In this document: positions 37,846-47,205 of the stretch, piece by piece
How the letters are laid out: each line of letters begins with the position of its first letter
Position numbering within the stretch: the stretch's first letter is position 1
NCBI GenBank assembly: GCA_039798705.1
Contig: JBDKFN010000002.1
Span: 32,290 to 96,289 of the forward strand
Length of the DNA stretch: 64,000 nt
Direction of reading: 5' to 3'
Source: Bacteroidota bacterium
GTDB taxonomy: Bacteria; Bacteroidota; Bacteroidia; Sphingobacteriales; Sphingobacteriaceae
Made by a program: the position numbers and the translations under genes
Notes under the pieces: model-generated
Database searches by the model: none
The model's input: only the letters and a program-made list of their open reading frames with translations
What the model was told of the DNA's origin: nothing

Positions 37846-40800
37846 TTATGATTCTATTGTGTTTCTAACTTTAGTCATGTAACCAATTCCAGGTTGAACA
37901 TTGATTTCTTCTAATACGAAATATGTTCTATCACCTTTAATCAATTTCGCAACTTCACTATTTGGATCGTTTACATCACCAAATACGATTGCATTAGCAG
38001 GGCAACCTTGTTGACAAGCGGTAACTACATCGCCATCTTTTAATGGACGGTGTTCGATTTTCGCTTTTAACTTTCCTGCTTGGATTCTTTGTGCACAGAA
38101 TGAACATTTTTCCATTACTCCTCTGAAACGTGTTGTTACATCTGGGTTTAAAGCCAAGTATGCAGCTTCATTGTGTAAGTAATTTGCAAAACGATCATCG
38201 TTCCAGTAGTTAAACCAGTTGAAACGACGCACTTTGTATGGACAGTTGTTAGCACAGTAACGAGTACCTACGCAACGGTTATATGCCATTTGGTTCAAGC
38301 CTTCTGAAGAATGCATAGTTGCTAACACAGGGCAAACTGTTTCGCATGGTGCATGGTCGCAATGTTGACATAACATTGGTTGATGTACCACTTTTACATT
38401 TTCGTAATTTTCAACTTGATTGTATTCTTTTTCTTTTGTGATTTCTTTTCCTGCTTTGTCTTCGAAAGTATAATAACGATCGATACGGATCCAATGCATT
38501 TCTCTACGACGACGAACTTCGTCACGACCTACAACTGGAACATTGTTTTCAGAGCTACATGCAACCACACAAGCACCACAACCAGTACAAGCATTTAAAT
38601 CGATAGTCATTGCCCAATGGTGATGACCATTCTTTTGATATGCTGCCCATAAGTCTGCATGATGTTCACCTTTACTTTCAGCGTGTTCGCCAGATGCATG
38701 GTGCTCGCCTTCTGCAGCTGCTTCATGACCTGCATATGCAGCTAATGTTTTTTCTTTGATGATATCTCTACCCTCAATAGTATGGTGAGTTTGTGTTTGA
38801 GCAAGTTCGTATGAGCCTTCTGCTTTTACTAATTCAATTGACGAATTGTAATTTTGGAAAGTACCATTTACAGTTGTTAAGAAAGGATAAATATTTACCC
38901 CCACATTTGAACCAGCTTTTCCAGCTGCTGTTCTACCGTAACCAATCGCAACAGAAACAGTTCCCATTGCTTGACCAGGTTGCATTAACACTGGAAGTTT
39001 TACTGTATTGCCAGCAGATTTAATTTCAACCATGCTGTTTTCAGTTAATCCTAATTCTTTTGCAAAGATTGGATTAATAGCCGCGTAGTTATCCCAAGTT
39101 ACTTTTGAAACTGGATCTGGCATTTCTTGCAACCAAGGATTGTTTGCATGTTCACCATCTCTAATTGCTGTGTTTTGGTAAATCGCTAATTCAACAGCGC
39201 TAGTTGATTTACTTGCATTACGAATCGTATTTGCAACCGCATTGATATCTTTATTAAAGGTATATGCTTTAGCAACTTGTTGGTTGATTACAACTGAACC
39301 GCTTTGTAAACTTGCTTCCCAGAAATTTGTAAATGTACCAGCATTTGCAACTGCAGGATAAATATTTTTCGCCCAATATGCTTGGATGTATGCTAAATAA
39401 TCTGAAGGCAAATCAGCCCACATCAATAACGATTGTGCTGCAGGTCTAGAATTGTATACTGGTGCAATTGTTGGTTGAACAACACTATATACACCCCTTC
39501 TTGCAGAAACATCATTCCATGTTTCTAAGTAATGTGCATTTGGTGCAATAACATCACAAGATGTTGCTGTTTCGTTTGCTCTATCAGCAAATGATACTTT
39601 TAATTTTACTTTAGCCAATGCTTTTGTAAATGCATCTGCTTGCGCAAAACTGTAAGAAGGATTTGCTCCTAAAATAAATAAAGCGTCAACTTTACCAGCG
39701 TTCATTTCTGAAAGTAAGTCTTGCATTTCTGCATCATTACCTTGGAACTGCGTTGACATATTATCTAAATCAATTGTGCTACCGTAGTTTCCTAAAGCAG
39801 CGTTGATTGCATTGATAACGACTTGAACAGAAACATCATTCGAACCTGAAACAACTAAAGATTTTCCTTTAGCAGCCCATAATTCTTTTGCGATTTCCTC
39901 TAATTTTTTTGCAAATGGTAATTCTGTGTTTGCCACTTTTGCTGTACCCGCTAAAGAAGCAACTGCATTGTATAATGCAATTACAGCGTTTCCATGTTGA
40001 GATGGTTTGATAGCAATTCTAGCATCTGCATTTGTTCCTGTCATACTTAAACCGGTTTCGATTTGAATATGGCGAGACATCTTTTTATTTTCTAAACTTT
40101 TATGATTTCTTAAAGTAACGTATTGTTTAGTGAATTCTACTGGAGAAATCCATGATCCTAAAAAGTCAGCATCAAAACTTACAACAACTTCTGCTTTATC
40201 AAATTTGTATGATGGCAATCCGGCTTTATCAAAACTGTTTTTGTTAGCATTGATAATTCCTGAATAAGAAGTTGCATCAAATGTTACTTGTTTAACATTT
40301 GCGTATTTAGTAGAGAAGTCTGCAATTACAGCTTGAGTTGATGGAGATAAAATAGTATCTGTTAAAATTCTAATGTTACCCCCTTTTGCTGCAATTTCTG
40401 CTAAGTTAGCTTTCACTAATTTATCAACTGCATCCCAATTCGAATCTGCACCTTTTACTACTGGATTTTTCAATCTAGATGTATCGTATAAATCTAAAAC
40501 AGAAGATTGCGCTTGCGCATCTGTACCACCCATTGAAATAGGGTCGTTTGGATTACCTTCAATTTTAATTGGACGACCTTCTCTCGTTTTAACCAATACA
40601 CCTAAACCATTATAGTTGGAAGTATAATAATTTGGAATACCTGGTACAACTTCTTCTGGCTTGATTAAGTAAGGGATTGCTTTTTGCACTGGCGCTTCAT
40701 TACAAGCTGCCAAGGCTACCGCACCCATACCAAATCCTAAAGCTTTTAGGAAATCTCTACGAGGAGTTGGAGTGTTTACTTTCGACTCCGTTAATAATTC

Positions 40801-40911
40801 ATCAATTGGAAGTTCTTCAGCAAACTCATTGCTTTTGTGCTTTACAAAGTCAGGGGTTGCGTGCAACTCCTCTAAACCTTTCCAATATTTTTTTTCGTTA
40901 TTTTCCATCAT
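37846..40911 (-). CDS. actB: ACIII subunit ActB (Tat-targeted molybdopterin-oxidoreductase-like domain fused to a 4-cluster ferredoxin domain)
   Basis: Twin-arginine signal (PRRDFLKALGFGMGAVALAAC); C-terminal Cys clusters (CTGCGACVVAC, CQHCDHAPC, CVGTRYCANNCP, CSFCAQR, CQQGCP). Confidence 0.9.
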   Translation of the reverse strand: MMENNEKKYWKGLEELHATPDFVKHKSNEFAEELPIDELLTESKVNTPTPRRDFLKALGFGMGAVALAACNEAPVQKAIPYLIKPEEVVPGIPNYYTSNYNGLGVLVKTREGRPIKIEGNPNDPISMGGTDAQAQSSVLDLYDTSRLKNPVVKGADSNWDAVDKLVKANLAEIAAKGGNIRILTDTILSPSTQAVIADFSTKYANVKQVTFDATSYSGIINANKNSFDKAGLPSYKFDKAEVVVSFDADFLGSWISPVEFTKQYVTLRNHKSLENKKMSRHIQIETGLSMTGTNADARIAIKPSQHGNAVIALYNAVASLAGTAKVANTELPFAKKLEEIAKELWAAKGKSLVVSGSNDVSVQVVINAINAALGNYGSTIDLDNMSTQFQGNDAEMQDLLSEMNAGKVDALFILGANPSYSFAQADAFTKALAKVKLKVSFADRANETATSCDVIAPNAHYLETWNDVSARRGVYSVVQPTIAPVYNSRPAAQSLLMWADLPSDYLAYIQAYWAKNIYPAVANAGTFTNFWEASLQSGSVVINQQVAKAYTFNKDINAVANTIRNASKSTSAVELAIYQNTAIRDGEHANNPWLQEMPDPVSKVTWDNYAAINPIFAKELGLTENSMVEIKSAGNTVKLPVLMQPGQAMGTVSVAIGYGRTAAGKAGSNVGVNIYPFLTTVNGTFQNYNSSIELVKAEGSYELAQTQTHHTIEGRDIIKEKTLAAYAGHEAAAEGEHHASGEHAESKGEHHADLWAAYQKNGHHHWAMTIDLNACTGCGACVVACSSENNVPVVGRDEVRRRREMHWIRIDRYYTFEDKAGKEITKEKEYNQVENYENVKVVHQPMLCQHCDHAPCETVCPVLATMHSSEGLNQMAYNRCVGTRYCANNCPYKVRRFNWFNYWNDDRFANYLHNEAAYLALNPDVTTRFRGVMEKCSFCAQRIQAGKLKAKIEHRPLKDGDVVTACQQGCPANAIVFGDVNDPNSEVAKLIKGDRTYFVLEEINVQPGIGYMTKVRNTIES

Positions 40912-40944
40912 TTATATGACGATATTTTATAATCTAAATTCTTA

Positions 40945-42222
40945 TTAATAATGACACTTTACACACTCTAAACCACCTAACATTGCAGCTGTAACTTTTT
41001 TGCCTTTTTTGATATCTTCATGCGCAGCAAGAATTTTATCATAATAAGCATTTCCTTTTGAGTTAACTTCTGTTGTTCTGTGGCAATTGATACACCATCC
41101 CATTGTAAGTGGTGAGTATTGGTATACCTCTGTCATTTTCTCAACTGGACCATGACATTGTTGACAAGCTAAACCAGCAACTTTAACGTGTTGCGAGTGA
41201 TTGAAATAAGCAAAGTCTGGTAAATTATGAATTCTAACCCATTCAATTGGTTTAGTGTTTTTTCCGTAAGTACGTGTATCAGGATTGTAATCTAAAGCCG
41301 TGTAAATCTTTTTGATTTCTGGAGAAATTTCTCCATTGTATTTCTCTGTAGCTTGTACATAGTTATGGCAATTCATACAAACGTTTAACGAAGGAATACT
41401 TGCGTTTTTAGATTTGAATGCACCTGAGTGACAATATTGACAATTGATTTGGTTTATACCTGCATGCAATTCGTGAGAAAAAGCAATTGGTTGAACTGGT
41501 TGGTATCCTGTGTTAACATTAATGCTAGCCATTTGATTCCAAGACCAAATACTGAATACAAAAATGAATAACATTCCAGCATAGAAAACTTTTTTCTTGT
41601 TTAATAAAATCCATTTAAACGTAGAAACTTTTTCTTTGATTGCATTAACTACTGCGTCTACTACTTCTCCATTATTGATTCTAATTAATTTCTCTAAAGA
41701 ATTAATTACCCTATTCAATACGTAAACAACTAATATTAAAACTGCAATTAAAATTACTAAACCAACAATGGTATAATTATTAACTGAACTAGCATCAGCA
41801 CCATTAGCTGCTGCGCCTGTAGCATCAACTGCTGCAGCCTTTGGTTTGTCACGTTCCGCTTTTACATAAGCAATGATACTTTTTGCATCATCATCCGACA
41901 ATTGCGGAAATGAACTCATGATTGATTGGTTGAATTCATTAAAAATTTTAAGCGCATCTGGATCACCAGCTTTAACTAGTGATTGCGAATTTTTAATCCA
42001 CTTGATCATCCAAGCTTCATCCTTTGCTTCAATTACATCTTTCAATGCAGGGCCTACTACTTTCCTGTCAACAGCGTGACAAGAAGTACAATTAGCCTTG
42101 AAAAGTGTCTCTCCTGCTTTTAAATCTTGAGCAGTTGAAAAGCTTACGCAAGCGATTGCAAAAAACAGCGTTAGGATAGCTTTTAATGAGTGATTTTTTG
42201 TTAACGAGAAATTAAAACCCAT
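40945..42222 (-). CDS. actA: ACIII multihaem cytochrome c ActA with an extra N-terminal monohaem domain (six CxxCH in total)
   Basis: CTSCH in an N-terminal class-I-like domain, two TM helices, then CQYCH, CMNCH, CQQCH, CINCH and CVKCH. Confidence 0.85.
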   Translation of the reverse strand: MGFNFSLTKNHSLKAILTLFFAIACVSFSTAQDLKAGETLFKANCTSCHAVDRKVVGPALKDVIEAKDEAWMIKWIKNSQSLVKAGDPDALKIFNEFNQSIMSSFPQLSDDDAKSIIAYVKAERDKPKAAAVDATGAAANGADASSVNNYTIVGLVILIAVLILVVYVLNRVINSLEKLIRINNGEVVDAVVNAIKEKVSTFKWILLNKKKVFYAGMLFIFVFSIWSWNQMASINVNTGYQPVQPIAFSHELHAGINQINCQYCHSGAFKSKNASIPSLNVCMNCHNYVQATEKYNGEISPEIKKIYTALDYNPDTRTYGKNTKPIEWVRIHNLPDFAYFNHSQHVKVAGLACQQCHGPVEKMTEVYQYSPLTMGWCINCHRTTEVNSKGNAYYDKILAAHEDIKKGKKVTAAMLGGLECVKCHY

Positions 42223-42318
42223 TGATAATTAATATCTTATGAAAAAAATGTTCAATTGTTGTTTGATTTTTTTACTAAAAATGTCCTGTTGATTCCCAAA
42301 AAAACACATTTAGTGGGA

Positions 42319-42326
42319 CAAAAATA
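42319..42326 (-). promoter_or_regulatory. Candidate -7 promoter box for the ACIII-cox array (TATTTTTG on the minus strand)
   Basis: The plus strand reads CAAAAATA, about 95 nt upstream of the actA ATG. This implies a long leader. Confidence 0.3.
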
Positions 42327-42399
42327 GGATATTATTTCATTTCTATGACAATTCGATTACAATATCTATTATTTCGAATGATTCTAAATAGAAAGAAAA

Positions 42400-43380
42400 T
42401 TATTGCCCTAAAATCCAAGCAAAAATTAATGGTGCAACAATTGTTGCGTCAGACTCTACAATAAATTTTGGTGTGTCAATATCTAACTTGCCCCAAGTGA
42501 TTTTTTCGTTAGGCACTGCACCTGAATATGAACCGTAAGAGGTAGTAGAATCAGATATTTGACAGAAATAACTCCAGAATGGAACATCGTGCCATTCTAA
42601 GTCTTGGTACATCATTGGAACCACACAAATTGGAAAATCGCCAGCAATTCCGCCACCAATTTGGAAAAATCCAACACCTTTACCTGCAGAATTTTCTCTA
42701 TACCAGTCTGTTAAATACATCATGTATTCAATTCCAGACTTCATAGTAGAAGGACTCAATTCATTTTTAATGCAATAAGATGCGAAAATGTTTCCCATGG
42801 TAGAATCTTCCCATCCTGGACAGATAATTGGCAAATTGCGTTCTGCTGCTGCTAACATCCAAGAGTTTTTTGGGTCAATTTCATAATATTGCTCCATATC
42901 TTTAGAAAGCAACAGTTTATACATGTACTCATGGGGTAAAAAACGCTCGCCATTTGCTTCTGCATTTTTCCATTGCTTAACAATATGTTGTTGAATTCTT
43001 CTAAATGCTTCCTCTTCTGGAATACAAGTATCTGTAACTCTGTTGAATCCGTTTTCTAATAAGTCCCATTCTTCTTGTGGGCTTAAATCTCTGTAATTAG
43101 GCACACGCTTATAACTATTATGTGCAACTAAGTTCATGATGTCTTCTTCCAAGTTAGCACCTGTACAAGAGATAATGTCTACTTTGCCTTGGCGGATCAT
43201 TTCAGCTAAAGAAATACCCATTTCTGCAGTACTCATAGCACCGGCTAAAGTGATCATCATTTTGCCACCTTCTAGCAAATGTTTTTCATACCCTTTTGCG
43301 GCATCTACTAAAGCAGCCGAATTAAAATGCAAATAATTTTTCTCGATGAACTGAGAGATAGGACCACGATTTGTACTCAT
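42400..43380 (-). CDS. Deoxyhypusine synthase family protein (bacterial DHS-like, possible homospermidine-type aminobutyl transferase)
   Basis: Full-length resemblance to DHS (LAGAMSTAEMG, ISCTGANLEEDI, GGGIAGDFP, KITWGK). Confidence 0.75.
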   Translation of the reverse strand: MSTNRGPISQFIEKNYLHFNSAALVDAAKGYEKHLLEGGKMMITLAGAMSTAEMGISLAEMIRQGKVDIISCTGANLEEDIMNLVAHNSYKRVPNYRDLSPQEEWDLLENGFNRVTDTCIPEEEAFRRIQQHIVKQWKNAEANGERFLPHEYMYKLLLSKDMEQYYEIDPKNSWMLAAAERNLPIICPGWEDSTMGNIFASYCIKNELSPSTMKSGIEYMMYLTDWYRENSAGKGVGFFQIGGGIAGDFPICVVPMMYQDLEWHDVPFWSYFCQISDSTTSYGSYSGAVPNEKITWGKLDIDTPKFIVESDATIVAPLIFAWILGQ

Positions 43381-43430
43381 AAAAAGTTAATTTAAGGTCC
43401 AAAAATAGGAATATTTATAGAATAAAAATG

Positions 43431-44384
43431 TTAATTTTTAGATTCTATTTTCGCTAATTCGATGTAATCTGGGCGATCCGCAGCAGTAGTATGTTTAAAG
43501 GTGTGCATCACTGCGCCTTTATATATTACAAATACTCCAGGCATTTGATATGGATCAGCTTTTGGCTTTGCAGGAAAATTGCCTTTAATTAGCCCAGCAA
43601 TAAACCCCCTAATAATTACATTAAAGCCAAAAAGTTGTAACATATTGCCTTTTTGTAAGCCAAATGCTTTGTAAAGTTTTTTTGAAGGGTCGCTAATTCG
43701 TGGCAAGTCAGCTAAGTTGTATTTCTTGGTCGCAATTGCGGCAACTTCTTCCGTCTCTAAATGAACCAATATTATTTTAGTGCCTTCTAATTCAATTGCT
43801 GCTCTGTTCTTTTTGATTTCACTTAATGCCTCTTTGCAAAAAGTACATCCAAAATGTCTAAGGAATACTAGCATTGTTGGCTGGTGGTCTGAGTAACTCG
43901 CTAGACTTAAGCCTTGATTAGTGATAATGCTTTCTAAAGACTTGAGTTTACGTTCGTGTAAGTTATAAGCACTCAGTTCGCGGTTGCTTTGTGCATTTTC
44001 AAAGGAGAAATAAATGATGCCCGCAAACGGAAGTAACCAAACTAAATCATTAGCGAGAATGTGAGCAAATAAGCTACTCGGTAATCGATTAGCCCATAAT
44101 AAATAAAGAAAGCTAATGCCTATGGTCAGTTTTAAAATAAAGCCTATCAAAACAATGATCCAGTGTTTAAAAGGTTGTTTGCTAGCAAGTAAGTAGCCTA
44201 AACCGAACAATATTTCTACAAGGGCAATGCCTTGCCACATGATCATATAATTCGGAAGGGCTAAATGTAAATTTTCGAAAATGCGCTGAGGGTTCAATAT
44301 GGTTAAAACGCCCCAAATTAAATTATAAATTCCTGCTGCCAACAAAGTAATTTGCATCCAAGGACGCGTGACCACTAATCTCAT
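43431..44384 (-). CDS. Membrane-anchored peroxiredoxin-like (AhpC/TSA-like 2) thiol oxidoreductase
   Basis: About 130-aa N-terminal four-TM domain, then a thioredoxin-fold domain with FLRHFGCTFC (CxxC). Confidence 0.5.
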   Translation of the reverse strand: MRLVVTRPWMQITLLAAGIYNLIWGVLTILNPQRIFENLHLALPNYMIMWQGIALVEILFGLGYLLASKQPFKHWIIVLIGFILKLTIGISFLYLLWANRLPSSLFAHILANDLVWLLPFAGIIYFSFENAQSNRELSAYNLHERKLKSLESIITNQGLSLASYSDHQPTMLVFLRHFGCTFCKEALSEIKKNRAAIELEGTKIILVHLETEEVAAIATKKYNLADLPRISDPSKKLYKAFGLQKGNMLQLFGFNVIIRGFIAGLIKGNFPAKPKADPYQMPGVFVIYKGAVMHTFKHTTAADRPDYIELAKIESKN

Positions 44385-44470
44385 ACTATTAAAATATCAT
44401 AACCATAACCTATTTTAGCTGGAAGTGTTTTAATTTTTTTAAAAAAGGCTTTGGTTCAAATGTGCCATAG

Positions 44471-45781
44471 CTAATGCCCTTGTAACATCCAGATGGCATC
44501 TGCTCTTAATTGTTCAATTGTTGATGTTTTGTTTTGTTCTGCCTTGGCAACAATTGATGCGTACCAAGTTGCATCTTTTTTAATTTCATTCATTTTTAAT
44601 TGAATGGCTTCTTCTTTTAAATTGTTGACTGGCGCAACACTAGGATTTGCTAATTCATTTAATAAAATATCGTCAAACCCATACGGGAACCAATTGTCAT
44701 TCGCCTCAGTCGCCATCAAAATAATTAAATCTGAACTGTTTACATATTCTGAAATTAATTGCGGCGTAATTTCTATGTTTAGTTGTTGGTCAAAATTATA
44801 AATAGACTTATTATAATATAAAAAATGATAGTCGTTAAATATTTTTTTGCTGATATAATTATTGTGAACTAACCACCAATAACTATCTGCTACTACCAAT
44901 ACATTGGGTTTAAAAGATGAAGCATTTTCTTTCCATTCGAAACTTCGGTAAGCCATCTGCTCTTTGGGTAAATCAAAATATAAATTAAGTGCAAGTTCAA
45001 CATCATTATCTGTAAAACGGTAATTATTTAACTGCTCTGTTTTAATTTTTTCTTTACTAGCGAATTTTCTATTGAATTCTTGCGCTATTTTTTTTAAAGC
45101 CGAATCCATGGCTAAAGACATTCCGTATTGAGACCAATGAATTCCATACTTTCCATATAGTGGGAATTTCGAATTTGCTTTTATCTCGTTGAAATAGGAT
45201 AGAAAGTCTATATAGGATATTTGATGTTTTTGATATGCTTTTATCAATTCACTGTGGTTGTTCTTAACCCTTTTTTTGTAAAAATCGTTTGGAATTTTTT
45301 CAGGAAAATAACTGGCTTTCCCTGGTGCAAATAAAACCAGTAGTTTTTTGTTTCTTTTTGCTAATGCATTTTGAATTTTTTGAAGCTTAAGACTTCGTTT
45401 AATAATTTCTGCGTCACCAATGTATGAATTACCATTAACCGCATTTAAATAAGGAGTCTCGTATAAATAGTTTTCTTTGCCAACAATCACTTGAGCGGCA
45501 GTAGTATATTTAAACGCTGAAAATAATATTTGATTATGTGCTTTAATAGCATAAGATCTTAATGGAAGTTTAGCTGAAACAAAATTTGCAAAAGAATCTT
45601 GGTATTGCCCAGCGAAATAAGATTTGGTACTCCATTTAGGTCTTTCTGCCTGGTTTTCGGAGCCATGCAAGTACAATTCTTTCAGCCAAATATTCTTATA
45701 ATTTAGCATAGGTAAGAGCAGCATGGCAAACATCATTGCAAATACAACTTTAACCACCCTTTTGTTTTTTTGCTGTTTCAT
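44471..45781 (-). CDS. AlgX/AlgJ-like (SGNH-like) O-acyltransferase partner protein, membrane anchored
   Basis: N-terminal TM; VIVGKENYLYE, LLVLFAPGKASYFPEKIP, GIHWSQYG and VVADSYWW resemble AlgJ/AlgX blocks. 1-nt stop/start overlap with the MBOAT gene. Confidence 0.5.
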   Translation of the reverse strand: MKQQKNKRVVKVVFAMMFAMLLLPMLNYKNIWLKELYLHGSENQAERPKWSTKSYFAGQYQDSFANFVSAKLPLRSYAIKAHNQILFSAFKYTTAAQVIVGKENYLYETPYLNAVNGNSYIGDAEIIKRSLKLQKIQNALAKRNKKLLVLFAPGKASYFPEKIPNDFYKKRVKNNHSELIKAYQKHQISYIDFLSYFNEIKANSKFPLYGKYGIHWSQYGMSLAMDSALKKIAQEFNRKFASKEKIKTEQLNNYRFTDNDVELALNLYFDLPKEQMAYRSFEWKENASSFKPNVLVVADSYWWLVHNNYISKKIFNDYHFLYYNKSIYNFDQQLNIEITPQLISEYVNSSDLIILMATEANDNWFPYGFDDILLNELANPSVAPVNNLKEEAIQLKMNEIKKDATWYASIVAKAEQNKTSTIEQLRADAIWMLQGH

Positions 45782-47202
45782 TAAAATCTGAAATAAATAA
45801 AAGGGTTAAAATTAGCGCTGATTACGAATTGTAATGTCAATAGCAATAACAAAAACATTACAATGGATGTTTTATAAAAATGATTATTGATTAGTTCTCC
45901 ATCATAAAAAGCCAATTGTATTCTTTCGATTTTTGAAGAGAGCGCTGAAAAAGAAAATACAACAGCTAGTAAAAAAATAGTTGTGAAATAATTATTGCTG
46001 ATATGTAATTCTGTACTTGTATTTATTTGAATCATTTCATAAAAATACTTTTTTGCCGACTCGATATTATTAGACCTGAATAAAACCCAACCAAATAGCG
46101 TGATGATATAGGTAATTATAACGCTTGGGTATTTACCAATGCGATTATAAAAATCAAGAAGAAAAAGCCTGTCTGCTATTAAGAAAAAACCGTGAAATGC
46201 TCCCCAGGCTATAAAGTTCCAGGCCGCACCATGCCATAATCCTGAAACCAAAAACACCAACCATAAATTAAAAAACACGCGCAATTTAGTGCCTTTATTT
46301 CCTCCTAATGGAATGTATAAATAATCACGCATCCAACGACCTAAGCTCATGTGCCATCTTCTCCAAAATTCAGTAATGCTGCCAGAAATATATGGGTTGT
46401 TAAAATTGTCGATGAACCTGAATCCCATCATTCTTCCTAAGCCAATTGCCATGTCGGAATAACCTGAAAAATCAAAATAAATCTGAAACGAATAAGCAAT
46501 AGCCCCTAGCCATGCATTATATGCACCAATGTGGTTTACTTGTGAATCAAAAGCAGTGTCTGCAATTTGTGCCATCACATTTGCAATCAATATTTTTTTA
46601 GCTAACCCAATTATGAATCGATGAAAACCAATTAATTTATTTTCAATGGTATCCTCGGCTGTTCTATCAGATATTTGATCGGCTATCTCGTGAAACCTGA
46701 CAATTGGCCCTGCAATTAATTTTGGAAAAAGTAAGATGTAAGTGTAATAATCTAATACATTGACAAGCGGCTTATGAACCCTACGATACACGTCAATTGC
46801 ATAAGTGAGGGTTTCGAATGCAAAAAATGAAATTCCAATTGGTAGCACAACATTCGTCCATTCGACAGATTTAATACCTGCAGCAATTAAAACTGCATTT
46901 GTGTTTTCAATAAAAAAATTAGCGTATTTAAAATAGGCTAAAAGCCCAATGTTAAGCAAGAGTGAGCTTATTAAAAGCATTTTTCTTTTCCCGCCATTCG
47001 CTCGGTCCATTTCCTTGACTATAAAAAAATCGACAAATGTTACGAGCAATAATAGATACACAAATTGTGGCGCACCCCATTGGTAAAACAAAAAACTAAA
47101 AACTAAAATGACTTTGTTTTTATGTTTTGCAGGCGCTAAAAAATAAACAACAAAAAATATTGGTAAAAATAAAAACAAAAAAAGCGCGCTACTAAATACC
47201 AT
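45781..47202 (-). CDS. MBOAT family O-acyltransferase (AlgI/DltB/PatA-like)
   Basis: Polytopic protein. FWRRWHMSLGRWMRDYLYIPLGGN and LWHGAAWNF include the conserved MBOAT His. Confidence 0.85.
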   Translation of the reverse strand: MVFSSALFLFLFLPIFFVVYFLAPAKHKNKVILVFSFLFYQWGAPQFVYLLLLVTFVDFFIVKEMDRANGGKRKMLLISSLLLNIGLLAYFKYANFFIENTNAVLIAAGIKSVEWTNVVLPIGISFFAFETLTYAIDVYRRVHKPLVNVLDYYTYILLFPKLIAGPIVRFHEIADQISDRTAEDTIENKLIGFHRFIIGLAKKILIANVMAQIADTAFDSQVNHIGAYNAWLGAIAYSFQIYFDFSGYSDMAIGLGRMMGFRFIDNFNNPYISGSITEFWRRWHMSLGRWMRDYLYIPLGGNKGTKLRVFFNLWLVFLVSGLWHGAAWNFIAWGAFHGFFLIADRLFLLDFYNRIGKYPSVIITYIITLFGWVLFRSNNIESAKKYFYEMIQINTSTELHISNNYFTTIFLLAVVFSFSALSSKIERIQLAFYDGELINNHFYKTSIVMFLLLLLTLQFVISANFNPFIYFRF

Positions 47203-47205
47203 ACC

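Noticed and set aside
42239-42292. 17-codon plus-strand mini-ORF (MKKMFNCCLIFLLKMSC) in the actA upstream region
   Set aside because: It lies on the strand opposite the operon, is very short, and has no supporting signals.
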